A stretch of 64,000 nucleotides of DNA from an uncultured Nitrososphaerales archaeon (GCA_963841565.1 CAWJCY010000007.1:1-64000), one strand, 5' to 3'; positions 50,922 through 61,905 are shown, counted from the first letter of the stretch. Made by a program: numbers and translations. Notes: generated by a model not told the origin, from the letters alone.

Positions 50922-51726
50922 GTATGAGAACCATCCAGGGAAGCGGTACTTTGCAATTACACGAGAATCATCAACATCTGTAGGATTTAAGGGGGTAATG
51001 GAGAATTACGGATGGACGGTCATCTTTCTCAAGTCCATAGTAATATCGCCTAAACCTAGTCTTGAATTAGAGTGCGTAGTTTCTCGAATTATTCAAAATA
51101 GCTATGGAGCCTGCGTGTTTCTGAGTGGAAATGCAGTAGACATTCTTATGGCAAATGCTGATAGGACTGGAAATACATTAGCCCTAATAGTGAAGCTGCA
51201 GTCGATTAGAACTATTTGTATTGGTCCAAGAACCAAAGAAAAGCTTTCACACTACGGGATTGATTCTGTAATAGTACCTGAAACGTACAATACCAGTGGA
51301 TTGATTAAGTGTCTTTCCAGGTACAAGAACCAAGTGCACAGAATAGTCGTACCACGGAGTCAGCTCGGAGATAGTGAGATTTTGCTGTCTCTTTCAAGGC
51401 TGGGAATCTCCGTGGACCAGTATCAACTTTATGATACATCAACAAATTCAACTATCGACAATGAATGGAAGCGGTTTTTTTATCTATTGAGGAACAGAAA
51501 TTTGGATGCAGTCGGTTTTACTAGCCCTTCATCGGTGAAAGCCTTATTCCAGATTGTAGAGAAGGAAGCAAGTCGTGATGATACGATTTACCTTAGGCAT
51601 CTGAATGGCTTAGTCTCGATCGGAGGCAAAACAACCAAAGAGCTGAAGAAACATACCTCGGGTCGAATCATTGAAGCGGTAGAACATACCCTTAATGGCA
51701 TGGTAAAAGCATCCAAATTAATCTGA
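50914..51726 (+). CDS. hemD: Uroporphyrinogen-III synthase
   Basis: AITR, FLSGNAV, CIGPRT, FTSPSSV, SIGGKT; last gene of the hem operon. Confidence 0.88.
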   Translation: MVKYENHPGKRYFAITRESSTSVGFKGVMENYGWTVIFLKSIVISPKPSLELECVVSRIIQNSYGACVFLSGNAVDILMANADRTGNTLALIVKLQSIRTICIGPRTKEKLSHYGIDSVIVPETYNTSGLIKCLSRYKNQVHRIVVPRSQLGDSEILLSLSRLGISVDQYQLYDTSTNSTIDNEWKRFFYLLRNRNLDAVGFTSPSSVKALFQIVEKEASRDDTIYLRHLNGLVSIGGKTTKELKKHTSGRIIEAVEHTLNGMVKASKLI

Positions 51727-51890
51727 GAAAATAAAGGCAAAGCATTTGTATGTATATATATAGCAGTGGTGGTTATTTCATTCGTTCAGAGGCCTGTCAT
51801 CAATGGTACTCACTATCATCAGAAATTTGCTCTGAATTACTTATTAAGTTAACAAAATATATATAAGAAATAACGCCGTTATAAAATTAT

Positions 51891-53292
51891 ATGACAACTG
51901 AAAATCTAAATATGGATTATAGTAAGTATGACTTTAAGGATTCAATCGATAAGTATGTTTATTTAAGTAAGAAGGGCTTGGCTAGAGAGACTGTAGAGGA
52001 GATTAGTCGGCTAAAAGACGAACCAGAGTGGATGAAACAATTCAGGCTGCGATCATATGATGTTTTCATGAGTAAGCCTATGCCTGATTGGGGTGGTAAC
52101 CTGTCAAAGATCGACTTCCAGAATATCTTTTATTATGCGAAGGCGTCAGAAAAACAAGGCAAGAGCTGGGAAGACGTGCCGGAGTCAGTGCGAAACACGT
52201 TCGAGAAGTTAGGGATCCCAGAAGCAGAAAGGAAGTTCTTGGCTGGGGTAGGTGCGCAGTACGAATCAGAGGTGGTGTATCACAACCTTCGCGAAGACCT
52301 AGCTGAGTCAGGGGGTAATATTTGCGGATACTGATACTGCGGTAAAAATGCATCCAGACATACTGAGGAAGTATTTTGGGAAAATAATCCCTCCTGAAGA
52401 CAACAAGTTTGCTGCATTGAATAGTGCCGTCTGGTCAGGCGGTTCATTTATTTACGTGCCACCAAATGTGAAGGTGGACCTTCCATTACAGGCTTACTTT
52501 AGAATAAATGCAGAAAACATAGGTCAATTTGAAAGAACACTGATTATTGCTGATGAGGGAGCAGAAATTCACTATATCGAGGGATGTACTGCCCCTATTT
52601 ACTCTACTGAATCATTGCATTCTGCTGTTGTAGAGCTCGTAGCAAAGAAGGGAGCAAAGATCCGTTATACTACAATCCAAAATTGGAGTAAGGATGTTTA
52701 TAATCTAGTAACAAAAAGGGCATACGCCTACGAGAATGCCACAGTCGAATGGATAGACGGCAACTTAGGAAGTAAGCTTACGATGAAGTATCCAGGGGTA
52801 TACATGTTAGGACGAAATGCTCATGCTGAGATAGTATCAGTGGCTTTTGCTGGCGCAGGTCAACATCAGGATGCTGGGGCAAAAGCAGTGCATTTGGCTT
52901 CCAATACTACCTCCCGAATTACAAGCAAATCTGTTAGTAAGGACTCAGGAAGAACAACATATAGAGGGCTCTTGCATGTCGCCAAAGGTGCAAACGGGGT
53001 TAAATCTAACGTCAGATGCGATGCTCTACTCCTAGATGAAACGTCTAGAACAGACACTTATCCTTATGTAGAAGTAAATGAAGAGGATGCAACCATTTCT
53101 CATGAGGCGACTGTAGGCAGAATTGGAGAAGATCAGATATTCTACCTAATGAGCAGGGGGTTTACCGAATCAGATGCTTTGTCTCTCATAGTTGGAGGAT
53201 TCATGGAGCCATTCACGAAAGAACTCCCAATGGAATATGCAGTGGAGCTGAACAGGTTAGTCAAGCTCGAAATGGAAGGGTCAGTCGGTTAG
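51891..53292 (+). CDS. sufB: Fe-S cluster assembly protein SufB (+1 frameshift near 52306)
   Basis: [55 protein letters not shown]. Confidence 0.95.
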
Positions 53293-53334
53293 GTTCAATT
53301 TCATGAATAGATAATGTGATAGGGTGAAATAGTA

Positions 53335-54756
53335 TTGCCGAGCTTATCATCTTTGAGCTTAGAGGATATTCATGCCCTATCGTCACTCTATGGTGAGCCT
53401 GAATGGATGGGTCGGATGAGAGAGCAGAACTTCGCAAAGTACAAATCTCTTCCGTCAGAAATATCGCCTCTATATTCTAAGTATTCCGACGTTAATCGAC
53501 TTTATCCTGATCGCATAGAGCTGCCCATTTCATCTAATTCATCGGAATCAAGTGACTTTTTAGCCGATAGGATGAATGAACTAGACAAAGATGTCGGGCT
53601 AATAAGGGTCGGATCTACAATAATCAAGCTCAATCGAGGTGAAATGGGATCAAAAGGAGACGCCATAATCATAGAGGATCTTGCCAAGGCAGTAAAAAGT
53701 CACGAAGGAAAGATTAAGGACGTCCTTTTGAAACATACAGGGGGGCACGATGACGACAAGTTTTTGGCCCTTGAATCGTCTGCCTTTAGTTCAGGGATTT
53801 TTATTTATGTACCTAAGAACCTTGTTGTCGAAAATCCAATTAGACTAGTTTGTGCGCTCAGTCAGGATAATTCATCTTCTATTAGTCGCAATCTGTTTAT
53901 TGCCGATGAAGGCTCGAAATGCACCATCGTTCAAGAGTTGTACTCTCCTAGCACTACTGGGTCTTCAAGTGTACAGCAGGGAATCTTTGAACTAACTGAA
54001 TGTCACGTTGGTAATGGGTCTAATTTGGAAATGATAACCCTTGAGGCTCTAGATTCAAACAATATTTCATTTTTGAACAAGAAGGCATGGGTTGAACGGG
54101 ATGCTAAGATGTCATGGTATCATGGCCTATTTGGAGGTCAGACTTCTAGATCCAAGGTAGACAGTAACATGAGTGGTACTGGGTCCTCTGCGGAAGATGT
54201 TGAGATCATTTTCGGTAATACTACTCAATCCTTTGATATTACTTCGAACCTGAACCACATAGGCAGTCATTCCCGTGGTCGAGTGTTGGTTAAATCTGTA
54301 ATGCGCGACAAATCAAAATCCTTGTTTAAGGGTATGATAAAGATAGGAAAAGATGCTAAAGCATCAGAATCCTATCTTGCTGGGCACGCTATCTTGTTGG
54401 ATAAGGATGCAAAATCTGATGCGATACCAGGCCTGGAGATCGAGACTAATGAGGTGAAGGCAACTCATTCGGCCTCGGTTGCACAACTTGATGAAGCCCA
54501 AATATTCTATCTAATGTGTAGAGGATTAGATAGGGATTCTGCAAAGCGTGAGATTGTGAGTGGATTTCTAGAACCGTTGTCAAGAAGGATGGGTCCCACC
54601 ATCAGGGCATGGATCAACTACTTGTTAGAAAATAAGTGGTCTGGAAAGCCTCTCATCCTTAAGGCCGATGATGCACTGGAACAGATGTTGGAAGTAGAGA
54701 GATCGAGATATAGGGAGTCACAGGATTTGTTCGAAAAGCACTATAAGTATCGGTAA
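53335..54756 (+). CDS. sufD: Fe-S cluster assembly protein SufD
   Basis: FKGMIKI, DAIPGLEIETNEVKATHSASV, FYLMCRG. Confidence 0.92.
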   Translation: MPSLSSLSLEDIHALSSLYGEPEWMGRMREQNFAKYKSLPSEISPLYSKYSDVNRLYPDRIELPISSNSSESSDFLADRMNELDKDVGLIRVGSTIIKLNRGEMGSKGDAIIIEDLAKAVKSHEGKIKDVLLKHTGGHDDDKFLALESSAFSSGIFIYVPKNLVVENPIRLVCALSQDNSSSISRNLFIADEGSKCTIVQELYSPSTTGSSSVQQGIFELTECHVGNGSNLEMITLEALDSNNISFLNKKAWVERDAKMSWYHGLFGGQTSRSKVDSNMSGTGSSAEDVEIIFGNTTQSFDITSNLNHIGSHSRGRVLVKSVMRDKSKSLFKGMIKIGKDAKASESYLAGHAILLDKDAKSDAIPGLEIETNEVKATHSASVAQLDEAQIFYLMCRGLDRDSAKREIVSGFLEPLSRRMGPTIRAWINYLLENKWSGKPLILKADDALEQMLEVERSRYRESQDLFEKHYKYR

Positions 54757-54774
54757 AAATAGTCGTAACAACAC

Positions 54775-55317
54775 TTACTCAATACCCTTCAGAACCTCCT
54801 TCAGCTTAATTCTCAGATTAGTCATGCTGATCGGCTTTATTATAAAGTCCTTCACGTCAATGGATGGCAGTACCTTGCTGAATTCTTCTTTATTTATTTC
54901 AAATGCTGTGATGAAGACGATTTTCATTGAGGGATTTTTCTCTTTAATTTTACGGTATAACTCAAATCCATTCATCCGTGGCATCCGAATATCAGTCAGA
55001 ACAAGATCGTAATAATCATGTGGATGGCTATCTAAAGCTTCTAGCGCGTTCCAGCCGTTAGTAAAAGTCTCCACTTTGAAGGTATCCACATCTTTTTTAG
55101 CGGCGTGTTCTCTGATTTCTCCTAGATTTGACGCTCCTTCATTTTGTAGTGCATCGGGAATGCTTGTATCACTTGATGGCGTCGTTTCTGAAGCTGAGGA
55201 GGAGGAGGAGGAAAGTGGAGACTCGAGATCGCGCTTAATTATTCTAAGAATGTCCTTCTCGTCATCAACAACCATAATTCTAGGAAGCAAGTCCCTATCA
55301 GGATTGTTGATCATCAC
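54775..55317 (-). CDS. Stand-alone response regulator receiver with about 45-aa Ser-rich insertion
   Basis: MVVDDE, LTDIRMPRMNGFEL, FITA, IIKP. Confidence 0.9.
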   Translation of the reverse strand: MMINNPDRDLLPRIMVVDDEKDILRIIKRDLESPLSSSSSSASETTPSSDTSIPDALQNEGASNLGEIREHAAKKDVDTFKVETFTNGWNALEALDSHPHDYYDLVLTDIRMPRMNGFELYRKIKEKNPSMKIVFITAFEINKEEFSKVLPSIDVKDFIIKPISMTNLRIKLKEVLKGIE

Positions 55318-55498
55318 TATTCCAGAAAATTACTAGTATTTAATTTTATCAAATAACCAGTACCGTAATAGCCACTTTTACGAAGGGCTAGTCATGATGA
55401 CCTCTGCCGTTTTCTTTTTTTACCGCTCGTTTTCGCAAATTGCTAGATTCGTTGAAATCATATTAGGGCGAAAGTCCCCTTATTGTAGGCGAAAACTA

Positions 55499-55651
55499 CT
55501 ATCTATCGAACTTGTAATTCGAGGTGAACGGACTATCAGAGAGGATCATGTCCACCTTCGTAATCCGACTGTGGCCTGTTTGTGCCCTGTGATCACTAAC
55601 GTCTGCATGAAAAATGAAATGTGAATCACATTCCTGACATATCCAAATCAT
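55499..55651 (-). CDS. C2H2-type zinc-finger microprotein
   Basis: MIWICQECDSHFIFHADVSDHRAQTGH. Confidence 0.75.
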   Translation of the reverse strand: MIWICQECDSHFIFHADVSDHRAQTGHSRITKVDMILSDSPFTSNYKFDR

Positions 55652-55870
55652 CTTCAGGTCTTCGGGATGCATATATATGTACAAAACTGCCCTTAATTGG
55701 ATTTAAGAGATGAGTAACATATCTCTTAGCAATCTTATCCTCCATTAGCCCGTGCAAAAGGTTCATCATAATGCCTTAAAACAAAAATCACTGGAATGTA
55801 CCATCCGTATGCTATACGATGATTCAACATAAACATATTTTTTGTAAATCCACTATATGACATGTATATA

Positions 55871-57688
55871 CTAATTCAAGGGGAGTGTAAACATGAATGT
55901 AGCCCCTCTTACCTCATTATTCTCTGCCCAAATAGTTCCACCATGGGCTTCGACTATCTTTTTTGATATAAATAACCCTAGCCCCGTTCCGTTCTCCGAA
56001 GACGAAACAAATTTAGAGAATAATTTGGGCATAATTTGACTCTCTATTCCTGAACCTGTGTCTTTGACCGTTATTTCTATTTCCTTTTTACTTCTAATCA
56101 CACTTATTGAGATTTTTCCTTCATCAGTAAATTTTACTGCGTTATCAATCAGATTTGTGATGACTTGAAGAATTTTAGCCTTGTCAGCAAAGATGTTGTA
56201 ATGGAAGGGTTCGTAAATGATTTCCAAATTTTTTGAATTACCGGACAATTGTCTTTCAGTTGTTTCTCTTATAGCCCTTTGAACAAGATGATCTACATCA
56301 AAGCTCTCCTTGTTGAGTTTGAGGGTCTTGCTTTCAATTCTGGTGACATCCAAGATATCTGAAGCAAGACGATCTAGTCTTTTAGCATTGAGAATTATCG
56401 ATCGAATTTGTTCTTCACCCACTAAGATTCGACTCTGGTTCCCCTGAAATCTCTGAGAGAGAAATTCAGCCTCGCTTAGTATAGGAAGTATGGGAGTTCT
56501 GAGCTCATGAGCTGCAATATCTATGAATTCCTTCTGAATTCTATCATGTAACTGCAATTGCTCGTTTGTCCCAGCCAATAGTCGATTTGATTCACCTAGA
56601 GAAACATTTGCTTTTTCTAGTTCTCTAGTCCGTTCGCGGACTGCTTTTTCGAGTTTCTTATTCCATGATAAGATCAGAATCGCAATGCCTACTGCTATTA
56701 ACGCAATTACAATTATTATTTGGCTGCTCAAATTCTTTTGTTGTTCTATGACTTGTCCGACGTCGGTTGCCAAATTATGTGGGGAGCCTAAAAATAATGT
56801 CCATATGTGTTTTCCGTCTACATTAATAGGCTGGTAAGAAATGGTCGTTGTGGTCCCATTGAAGGTAATGTCTTCAGCCCCTGGATTCGATTCCAACGAG
56901 CGTGTAAGAATTCCAATGTACTCTGATTTCACTTGATCAGGAACAGTAGCTTGAAAGTCTTCGGATTCGTAGTTTTTTCCAACCAAAGATTGATTTCGGG
57001 CGTAAAGTATAGTACCGTTCTTGTCCATTAAACCTACATTGCTAATAAATTCAGGTGAAATTTCATTCTGCAAGAATGCTCCAAGTGAATCTAGATTTAC
57101 AACTGCAACCATGACTCCATCGAATGTCGTTCTGTCCTCTGCGTCGTTTGTGTCATTGTTCTTTGTTGACATGATTGGGTATGAAATGTATAATCTTGGA
57201 AGCATATCGGGTGAATCAATGGCGTTACTGTAATAAGGAACGTGGGTAGTTTGAGGAATCCTGTAGAACTCCTGGTCACTTAAATCAAACCCACGGTGCC
57301 CCTGTAATTCGCTTGTGTTCTGGGTGCTCCAGGCGACAAGTTTACCATCTTTGTCCAACCAGTAGTACCCTTCAGTAAGCTCAGAGGTCGAAGATTGAGT
57401 ATTGTTAAGAAGCCTTAGACCAACATCCACATGTCCATCATGGATTGGTTGTGAATTTGCTATAGATCTCAAATTGCTTGTCACGGATTCAAGCGTGTGC
57501 AGAAGAATCTGGGAGAGATCGTGCGCTTCAATTCGTGCATTAGATCTAACGTCTACGGAAGCAATTCTTCCAATTTCATCAGAAGTGTACGTCGAATATC
57601 TAAAGGTAACAATGGAAAGAGAAAGCCCTATAAGTGCAATCACAAGAAGAAGTACAATATTCTTTCTTGAAAAAATAATACCCGCCAA
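55871..57688 (-). CDS. Membrane sensor histidine kinase (Cache-like sensor, HisKA, HATPase)
   Basis: Two TMs; AAHELRTP, NLIDNAVKF, DTGSGI, GTGLGL, HGG. Confidence 0.95.
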   Translation of the reverse strand: MAGIIFSRKNIVLLLVIALIGLSLSIVTFRYSTYTSDEIGRIASVDVRSNARIEAHDLSQILLHTLESVTSNLRSIANSQPIHDGHVDVGLRLLNNTQSSTSELTEGYYWLDKDGKLVAWSTQNTSELQGHRGFDLSDQEFYRIPQTTHVPYYSNAIDSPDMLPRLYISYPIMSTKNNDTNDAEDRTTFDGVMVAVVNLDSLGAFLQNEISPEFISNVGLMDKNGTILYARNQSLVGKNYESEDFQATVPDQVKSEYIGILTRSLESNPGAEDITFNGTTTTISYQPINVDGKHIWTLFLGSPHNLATDVGQVIEQQKNLSSQIIIVIALIAVGIAILILSWNKKLEKAVRERTRELEKANVSLGESNRLLAGTNEQLQLHDRIQKEFIDIAAHELRTPILPILSEAEFLSQRFQGNQSRILVGEEQIRSIILNAKRLDRLASDILDVTRIESKTLKLNKESFDVDHLVQRAIRETTERQLSGNSKNLEIIYEPFHYNIFADKAKILQVITNLIDNAVKFTDEGKISISVIRSKKEIEITVKDTGSGIESQIMPKLFSKFVSSSENGTGLGLFISKKIVEAHGGTIWAENNEVRGATFMFTLPLN

Positions 57689-57875
57689 TGGTCAGTACAA
57701 AGCTAAAATGCATTTCGAGTAGATAAGTCATGCCAAAAAGTGATACCAAAATAGGGGGGAAAACTGATTTGCCTTCTGAATATGATAATATCGTCATACT
57801 GTTTATGCATTTCTTGAATTTTTGACCAGTTTAAACTTAATAGACATATATCTCTAATAGATGTTTCACTATTAA

Positions 57876-58193
57876 ATGTCCCTTCCAACGAGGTGCTCAC
57901 ATCGAGAGAAATATTTCGGCTGTACACTACCACCTTCCTACATAATTTCAATTCAAGAAGGTAAAGACGAGTTCTTAGTGGGTGTATTCTGTGAAAGGCA
58001 CAGCAGGGAGATTGAAATGAAGCTGGCTTCAGTCCTGAAAAGAGACAAAATTCCGGGAAGGCACTTGAAAACTGAAAAATTGAGGTTTGTATCAACTGAA
58101 TGTATACGTACTTGCGTTACGAATCAGCCCATTTCCAAGCGATTTATGAGCTTCAATGACAGTCAGATATTGAATGAGAAGGAAGACTCTTAG
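57876..58193 (+). CDS. Cys-containing hypothetical protein
   Basis: LPTRCS..CTLPP..VGVFCERH..TECIRTC. Confidence 0.7.
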   Translation: MSLPTRCSHREKYFGCTLPPSYIISIQEGKDEFLVGVFCERHSREIEMKLASVLKRDKIPGRHLKTEKLRFVSTECIRTCVTNQPISKRFMSFNDSQILNEKEDS

Positions 58194-58205
58194 TGAACTG
58201 GAATA

Positions 58206-58892
58206 TTGTATTTAGAAAAAAATATTATTGGGCTTACAATGAACATCAGGGGTCTGAATAGACGGATGGACCCCTTTGAAAAAGCTCTATTGGCATCGGT
58301 GTATGTAAGTAATATTGAGCCCAGTGTCAGTTATATTGACAGACTAAGGTCAAGAATGTATTTACCTATAAGCATATTTAATGATAAGATAGGACACCTA
58401 ATTTCTAATGGTTTGCTAGAAAAGGATAATCCGCCAACACTTACTTTCTTGGGAAGGGATGCCATAAAAGTAGTATTGGTCGGCGGCGTTTTTGATGTAA
58501 TTCATCCCGGTCATATCCATACTCTCAAGGCAGCAAAACAACATGGGGATGTCTTGGTAGTCGTAGTAGCTCGGACATCGACAGCGGCCAAAATAAAGAA
58601 GGGGAGAAGGATCTATCATGGCGAGAATTTGAGAAAGGAACTTGTTTCATCTCTTTCATTTGTGGATCTGGCTATAATTGGGAGTAAAGTATCATTATAC
58701 GATACGGTGGAACGGGTGTCACCGGATATTATAGCTTTAGGCTATGATCAGATCCATAGCGAAAAGGAGATCTCTGAGAACTGTAAGGATAGAAACTTGA
58801 CAGTAAGGATCATTAGATTGAACACACCGGTTCCAGGCATTAAGAGTTCGCAGATCAAGGATGAAATGGGGAATTCTATTTATGGTATCTAG
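58206..58892 (+). CDS. ribL: FAD synthase (cytidyltransferase family) with N-terminal winged-helix-like extension
   Basis: GGVFDVIHPGH, VVVAR, PDIIALGYDQ, KSSQIK; convergent with ribK; start uncertain. Confidence 0.85.
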   Translation: MYLEKNIIGLTMNIRGLNRRMDPFEKALLASVYVSNIEPSVSYIDRLRSRMYLPISIFNDKIGHLISNGLLEKDNPPTLTFLGRDAIKVVLVGGVFDVIHPGHIHTLKAAKQHGDVLVVVVARTSTAAKIKKGRRIYHGENLRKELVSSLSFVDLAIIGSKVSLYDTVERVSPDIIALGYDQIHSEKEISENCKDRNLTVRIIRLNTPVPGIKSSQIKDEMGNSIYGI

Positions 58893-59602
58893 TTGGCCTC
58901 GAGTTGAGGACCAGTTGAGGTCATGGTTACAAATACCTTGACAAAGTCCCCATTTTTGATTCCCAACGAGTCCTTGATACAAACAGGTGCGATTACTTCC
59001 AGCATGCTATTGTCGTAGTGAGTCCTTTCCAGAACTATAACTGCGGCTTTATCTAGAGCGCCATCGTTTATGATTGCAGGGTAACATTTAACCCATCCAT
59101 AGGATCTTGAAGAATCAGTAAATCCTCGAACGAATATTGAAGGATAATTGTCCATCATACTTCTCATCCGCATGGATGATTGATTGACTAGCTTCAAGTT
59201 TAATGTTCCAGCGTAAGGTTCATAGCCAAGTTTATCATTGAATTGACTTCGATAGCCATTCAACGACATATAGTAAGCTCCTTCTCCCATGCCAGAAACA
59301 ACCTTCCCTTCCAGTTGCAGGCCTGATCTGTCAAGAACTTCAACGGAACTCTTGATAGTCTCATGCAAATTAAGTACTTCGTCAACCCCTCTGTCAGTAA
59401 TCATTATCCTGAATTTTTGACCTGCTTTTGTTCGTTCTAGCAATCCTGCATTCTCTAACTCTACAAGGTACTTAGAAGCGGATTGTTGGGACCTATTAAT
59501 AATATTGCCAAGTTCTGTGGTCGTGATTTCAATACACGCTCCTCCTTTTCCAAACTTCAACAAATGTGCTAAAGTCAGGACGTGTTGCAGGTTAGGATGC
59601 AT
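58889..59602 (-). CDS. ribK: HTH-fused CTP-dependent riboflavin kinase (RbkR)
   Basis: SQQSASKYLVELE HTH; GKVVSGMGEGAYY, PYAGTLN, ERTHY. Confidence 0.92.
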   Translation of the reverse strand: MHPNLQHVLTLAHLLKFGKGGACIEITTTELGNIINRSQQSASKYLVELENAGLLERTKAGQKFRIMITDRGVDEVLNLHETIKSSVEVLDRSGLQLEGKVVSGMGEGAYYMSLNGYRSQFNDKLGYEPYAGTLNLKLVNQSSMRMRSMMDNYPSIFVRGFTDSSRSYGWVKCYPAIINDGALDKAAVIVLERTHYDNSMLEVIAPVCIKDSLGIKNGDFVKVFVTMTSTGPQLEAN

Positions 59603-60880
59603 CTAATTGGGGATACCCAATTCTTCAAAAGTATGTACCTTGACCGTAGATGGCTTCTTGCTCGCGGTGGTCCGATGGCCAACTATATATTCAATCCCTG
59701 CTCGATCTGCAACATCTATGAGCCTTTGAGTAACGATCCCGTCCAGAACAAGAAATTTTCCGCCTTCACTATCTCCTAGCTGTTTCACAATATCTGAAAC
59801 AGGTACCTTGACTAGGATCCTCATAGAATCGTCCAGTAGCACCGCTTCCAAAGTCTCATTTATTTCAGAAAACACGTTCTGCACCTTTAGAACCATCTCT
59901 TGGTTATGTTCTCCCTGCAAGATCTCCTTTCCTTCATTGTCAGCAATCTTAGTTGTACGCCCTCCATAGGCGTGAGGACCAGGTTCTGATTCATCTCCGT
60001 GTTTTCGATAATCGTATTTTGTATCCTGCGGCTGTTGGCTCGCAGTAGACTTGGGATGGTGTGCGATCGCAGGATGACTAACAGCTTCACGTAAAATCTC
60101 GGCAATTTCGAGGGGGGTGCAATCCTCAACTTCTCTCCCATTGGGAGCTCTGAGCACTTTATCTATCTTGACCAAACCATGCAGTTCCTTCAAAATAAGA
60201 TCTCCTGCCCTATCTCCGTCAAGAAATGCCACAACTCTTTTGCCTTCAGTTAAATTAATTATACTTTCATCGACTTTTGCTCCTTCTATTGCAATAGCGT
60301 TGTCGAAGCCAGCCCTAAGCAAGTTTATGACATCTGCTCTTCCTTCAACCAAAATAATCCAATCAGAATCAAAAACGCCTGTGCCACAAGCCAGCTGTGC
60401 TTTCCCAAATGCCGTGAGCTTACCAGGCTTGCTTGCATCATATACGTCTTTGAGCATTTCTTCCCCTTCGCTAATGGTCTTGGTTGCCCATTCTTGGACT
60501 ATCCTCTTTGCACGGTCTACGATAATCTTTTTCTTTATTGCTCTGATATCGTCTATGCCGACAAGGACGAACTTGGCTTGAAACGGACCTACCTTATCTA
60601 TACTTTCAATTGCCGCCGCAATCAACGCGGCAGTTGAGATATCAGTACTCATGGGTATGACAGCGTCTCCCTTCGCTATGTTAGATCTCGTATCAACATT
60701 TACCTCAATTCTTCCCACCTTTGAAACTTTCTGTAATTCATTCAGGTTCATCTCCGGCCCTAGAAGGCCTTCTGTCTGCCCAAAAATGGCGCCGATTATA
60801 TCCGCTTTCTCAACCAGTCCATCTACGTCGAATTTTAATTTAACATGATATTTAACAATACCTGTATTAGGCAATCTCAT
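59603..60880 (-). CDS. dnaG: Archaeal DnaG (primase-like, exosome-associated)
   Basis: GAIFGQTEGLLG, VEGRADV, FLDGDRAG, DGIVTQRL. Confidence 0.95.
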   Translation of the reverse strand: MRLPNTGIVKYHVKLKFDVDGLVEKADIIGAIFGQTEGLLGPEMNLNELQKVSKVGRIEVNVDTRSNIAKGDAVIPMSTDISTAALIAAAIESIDKVGPFQAKFVLVGIDDIRAIKKKIIVDRAKRIVQEWATKTISEGEEMLKDVYDASKPGKLTAFGKAQLACGTGVFDSDWIILVEGRADVINLLRAGFDNAIAIEGAKVDESIINLTEGKRVVAFLDGDRAGDLILKELHGLVKIDKVLRAPNGREVEDCTPLEIAEILREAVSHPAIAHHPKSTASQQPQDTKYDYRKHGDESEPGPHAYGGRTTKIADNEGKEILQGEHNQEMVLKVQNVFSEINETLEAVLLDDSMRILVKVPVSDIVKQLGDSEGGKFLVLDGIVTQRLIDVADRAGIEYIVGHRTTASKKPSTVKVHTFEELGIPN

Positions 60881-61001
60881 AACCTCATTATTATTAAGTG
60901 AATGTTAGGTGAGCTGGCCAGAATATAAGTGCTTTGAAGGAACAAATTCTCGATTTACGATTCCATATTTTGTTTCCTTTGAGCAAGATAGAACTATAAT
61001 G

Positions 61002-61424
61002 TCAAGAATAATTAGGCAAAAACTTTGATCCCAACAAGTTCTGGTAGGATCCTATGTCCTCAATGTGACGAACTTTTCCATTCGTGATTTCACATAATTT
61101 CTTTTTGTAGGTTAGATTTACATTACTACCCCTTTGTTGAAGGAGAGACACTAGCCTGCTTGTCAAGTATTTTCCTGTTCGATCCATATCTAATAAAAGA
61201 ATAATCTTTTTATCCGTCATTTGATGACTATCGACAAAATCTAAAACCCCTTTGAATCTGTTATATTCAGTAACTTCACCAACAAACCCCAACTTTGTGA
61301 GAGCCTCAGAATCCCGCTTCCCTTCGACTACTATTATGGAACCGGTTTCTGACTCATGGTTTAAAGTGTGAATAAATTCATTAATCCTCCCAAGGACTGC
61401 TGAATCGATATTTCTGTAAACCAT
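61002..61424 (-). CDS. Small TOPRIM-domain protein
   Basis: VVEGKRD, LLDMDRTG. Confidence 0.88.
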   Translation of the reverse strand: MVYRNIDSAVLGRINEFIHTLNHESETGSIIVVEGKRDSEALTKLGFVGEVTEYNRFKGVLDFVDSHQMTDKKIILLLDMDRTGKYLTSRLVSLLQQRGSNVNLTYKKKLCEITNGKVRHIEDIGSYQNLLGSKFLPNYS

Positions 61425-61587
61425 GTTGTGAAAAAAAACTATCGCCTTTAAAAGGATACGTTTTTGCTAAAGGCTCAATTCTGTATTTTCTAGCTTTCTC
61501 TCTTATACGATAAAGATGGGATTATCCAAATAAGGGAGAATAGCATCATTAATTCTTGAGGGCAAATCATAATTGGTTTTCTCGTCA

Positions 61588-61905
61588 ATGGAAATGAATA
61601 TTGCTGGTGCTGAGTGGTTCATAATAGCTTTTGTGTTTATCATCCTTTTCTTTGGTTCAAAAAACTTGCCTTCATTTTCAAAGACGATTGGTAAAGCCAT
61701 GGCAGAATACCAAAAAGCTAAAAGTGGAATTGAAAGGGAAATGTCGTCGACAAATCTCCCAATTATCGGCCCAAAGATTTCTCCCCTTTCTTCTGAGCGA
61801 GAAAAGCTTGAAATAATTGCAAAGTCACTGGGGATTGAATACCAAAGCCTATCTGACGACACTTTGCGAGATATGGTTTCCAGAAAGTTGCAGGAAACTG
61901 GTTAA
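61588..61905 (+). CDS. tatA: Twin-arginine translocase TatA/E
   Basis: EWFII..LFFGSKNLP..KTIGKAMAEYQKA. Confidence 0.9.
   Translation: MEMNIAGAEWFIIAFVFIILFFGSKNLPSFSKTIGKAMAEYQKAKSGIEREMSSTNLPIIGPKISPLSSEREKLEIIAKSLGIEYQSLSDDTLRDMVSRKLQETG

Noticed and set aside
47740-52350. Programmed frameshifting in hemB and sufB
   Set aside because: No shared slippery sequence; same lesion type in many unrelated genes indicates sequencing error
37262-60848. Long antisense ORFs in the track (e.g. 37262+, 46380-, 49443-, 60117+)
   Set aside because: Shadow frames of well-supported genes on the opposite strand
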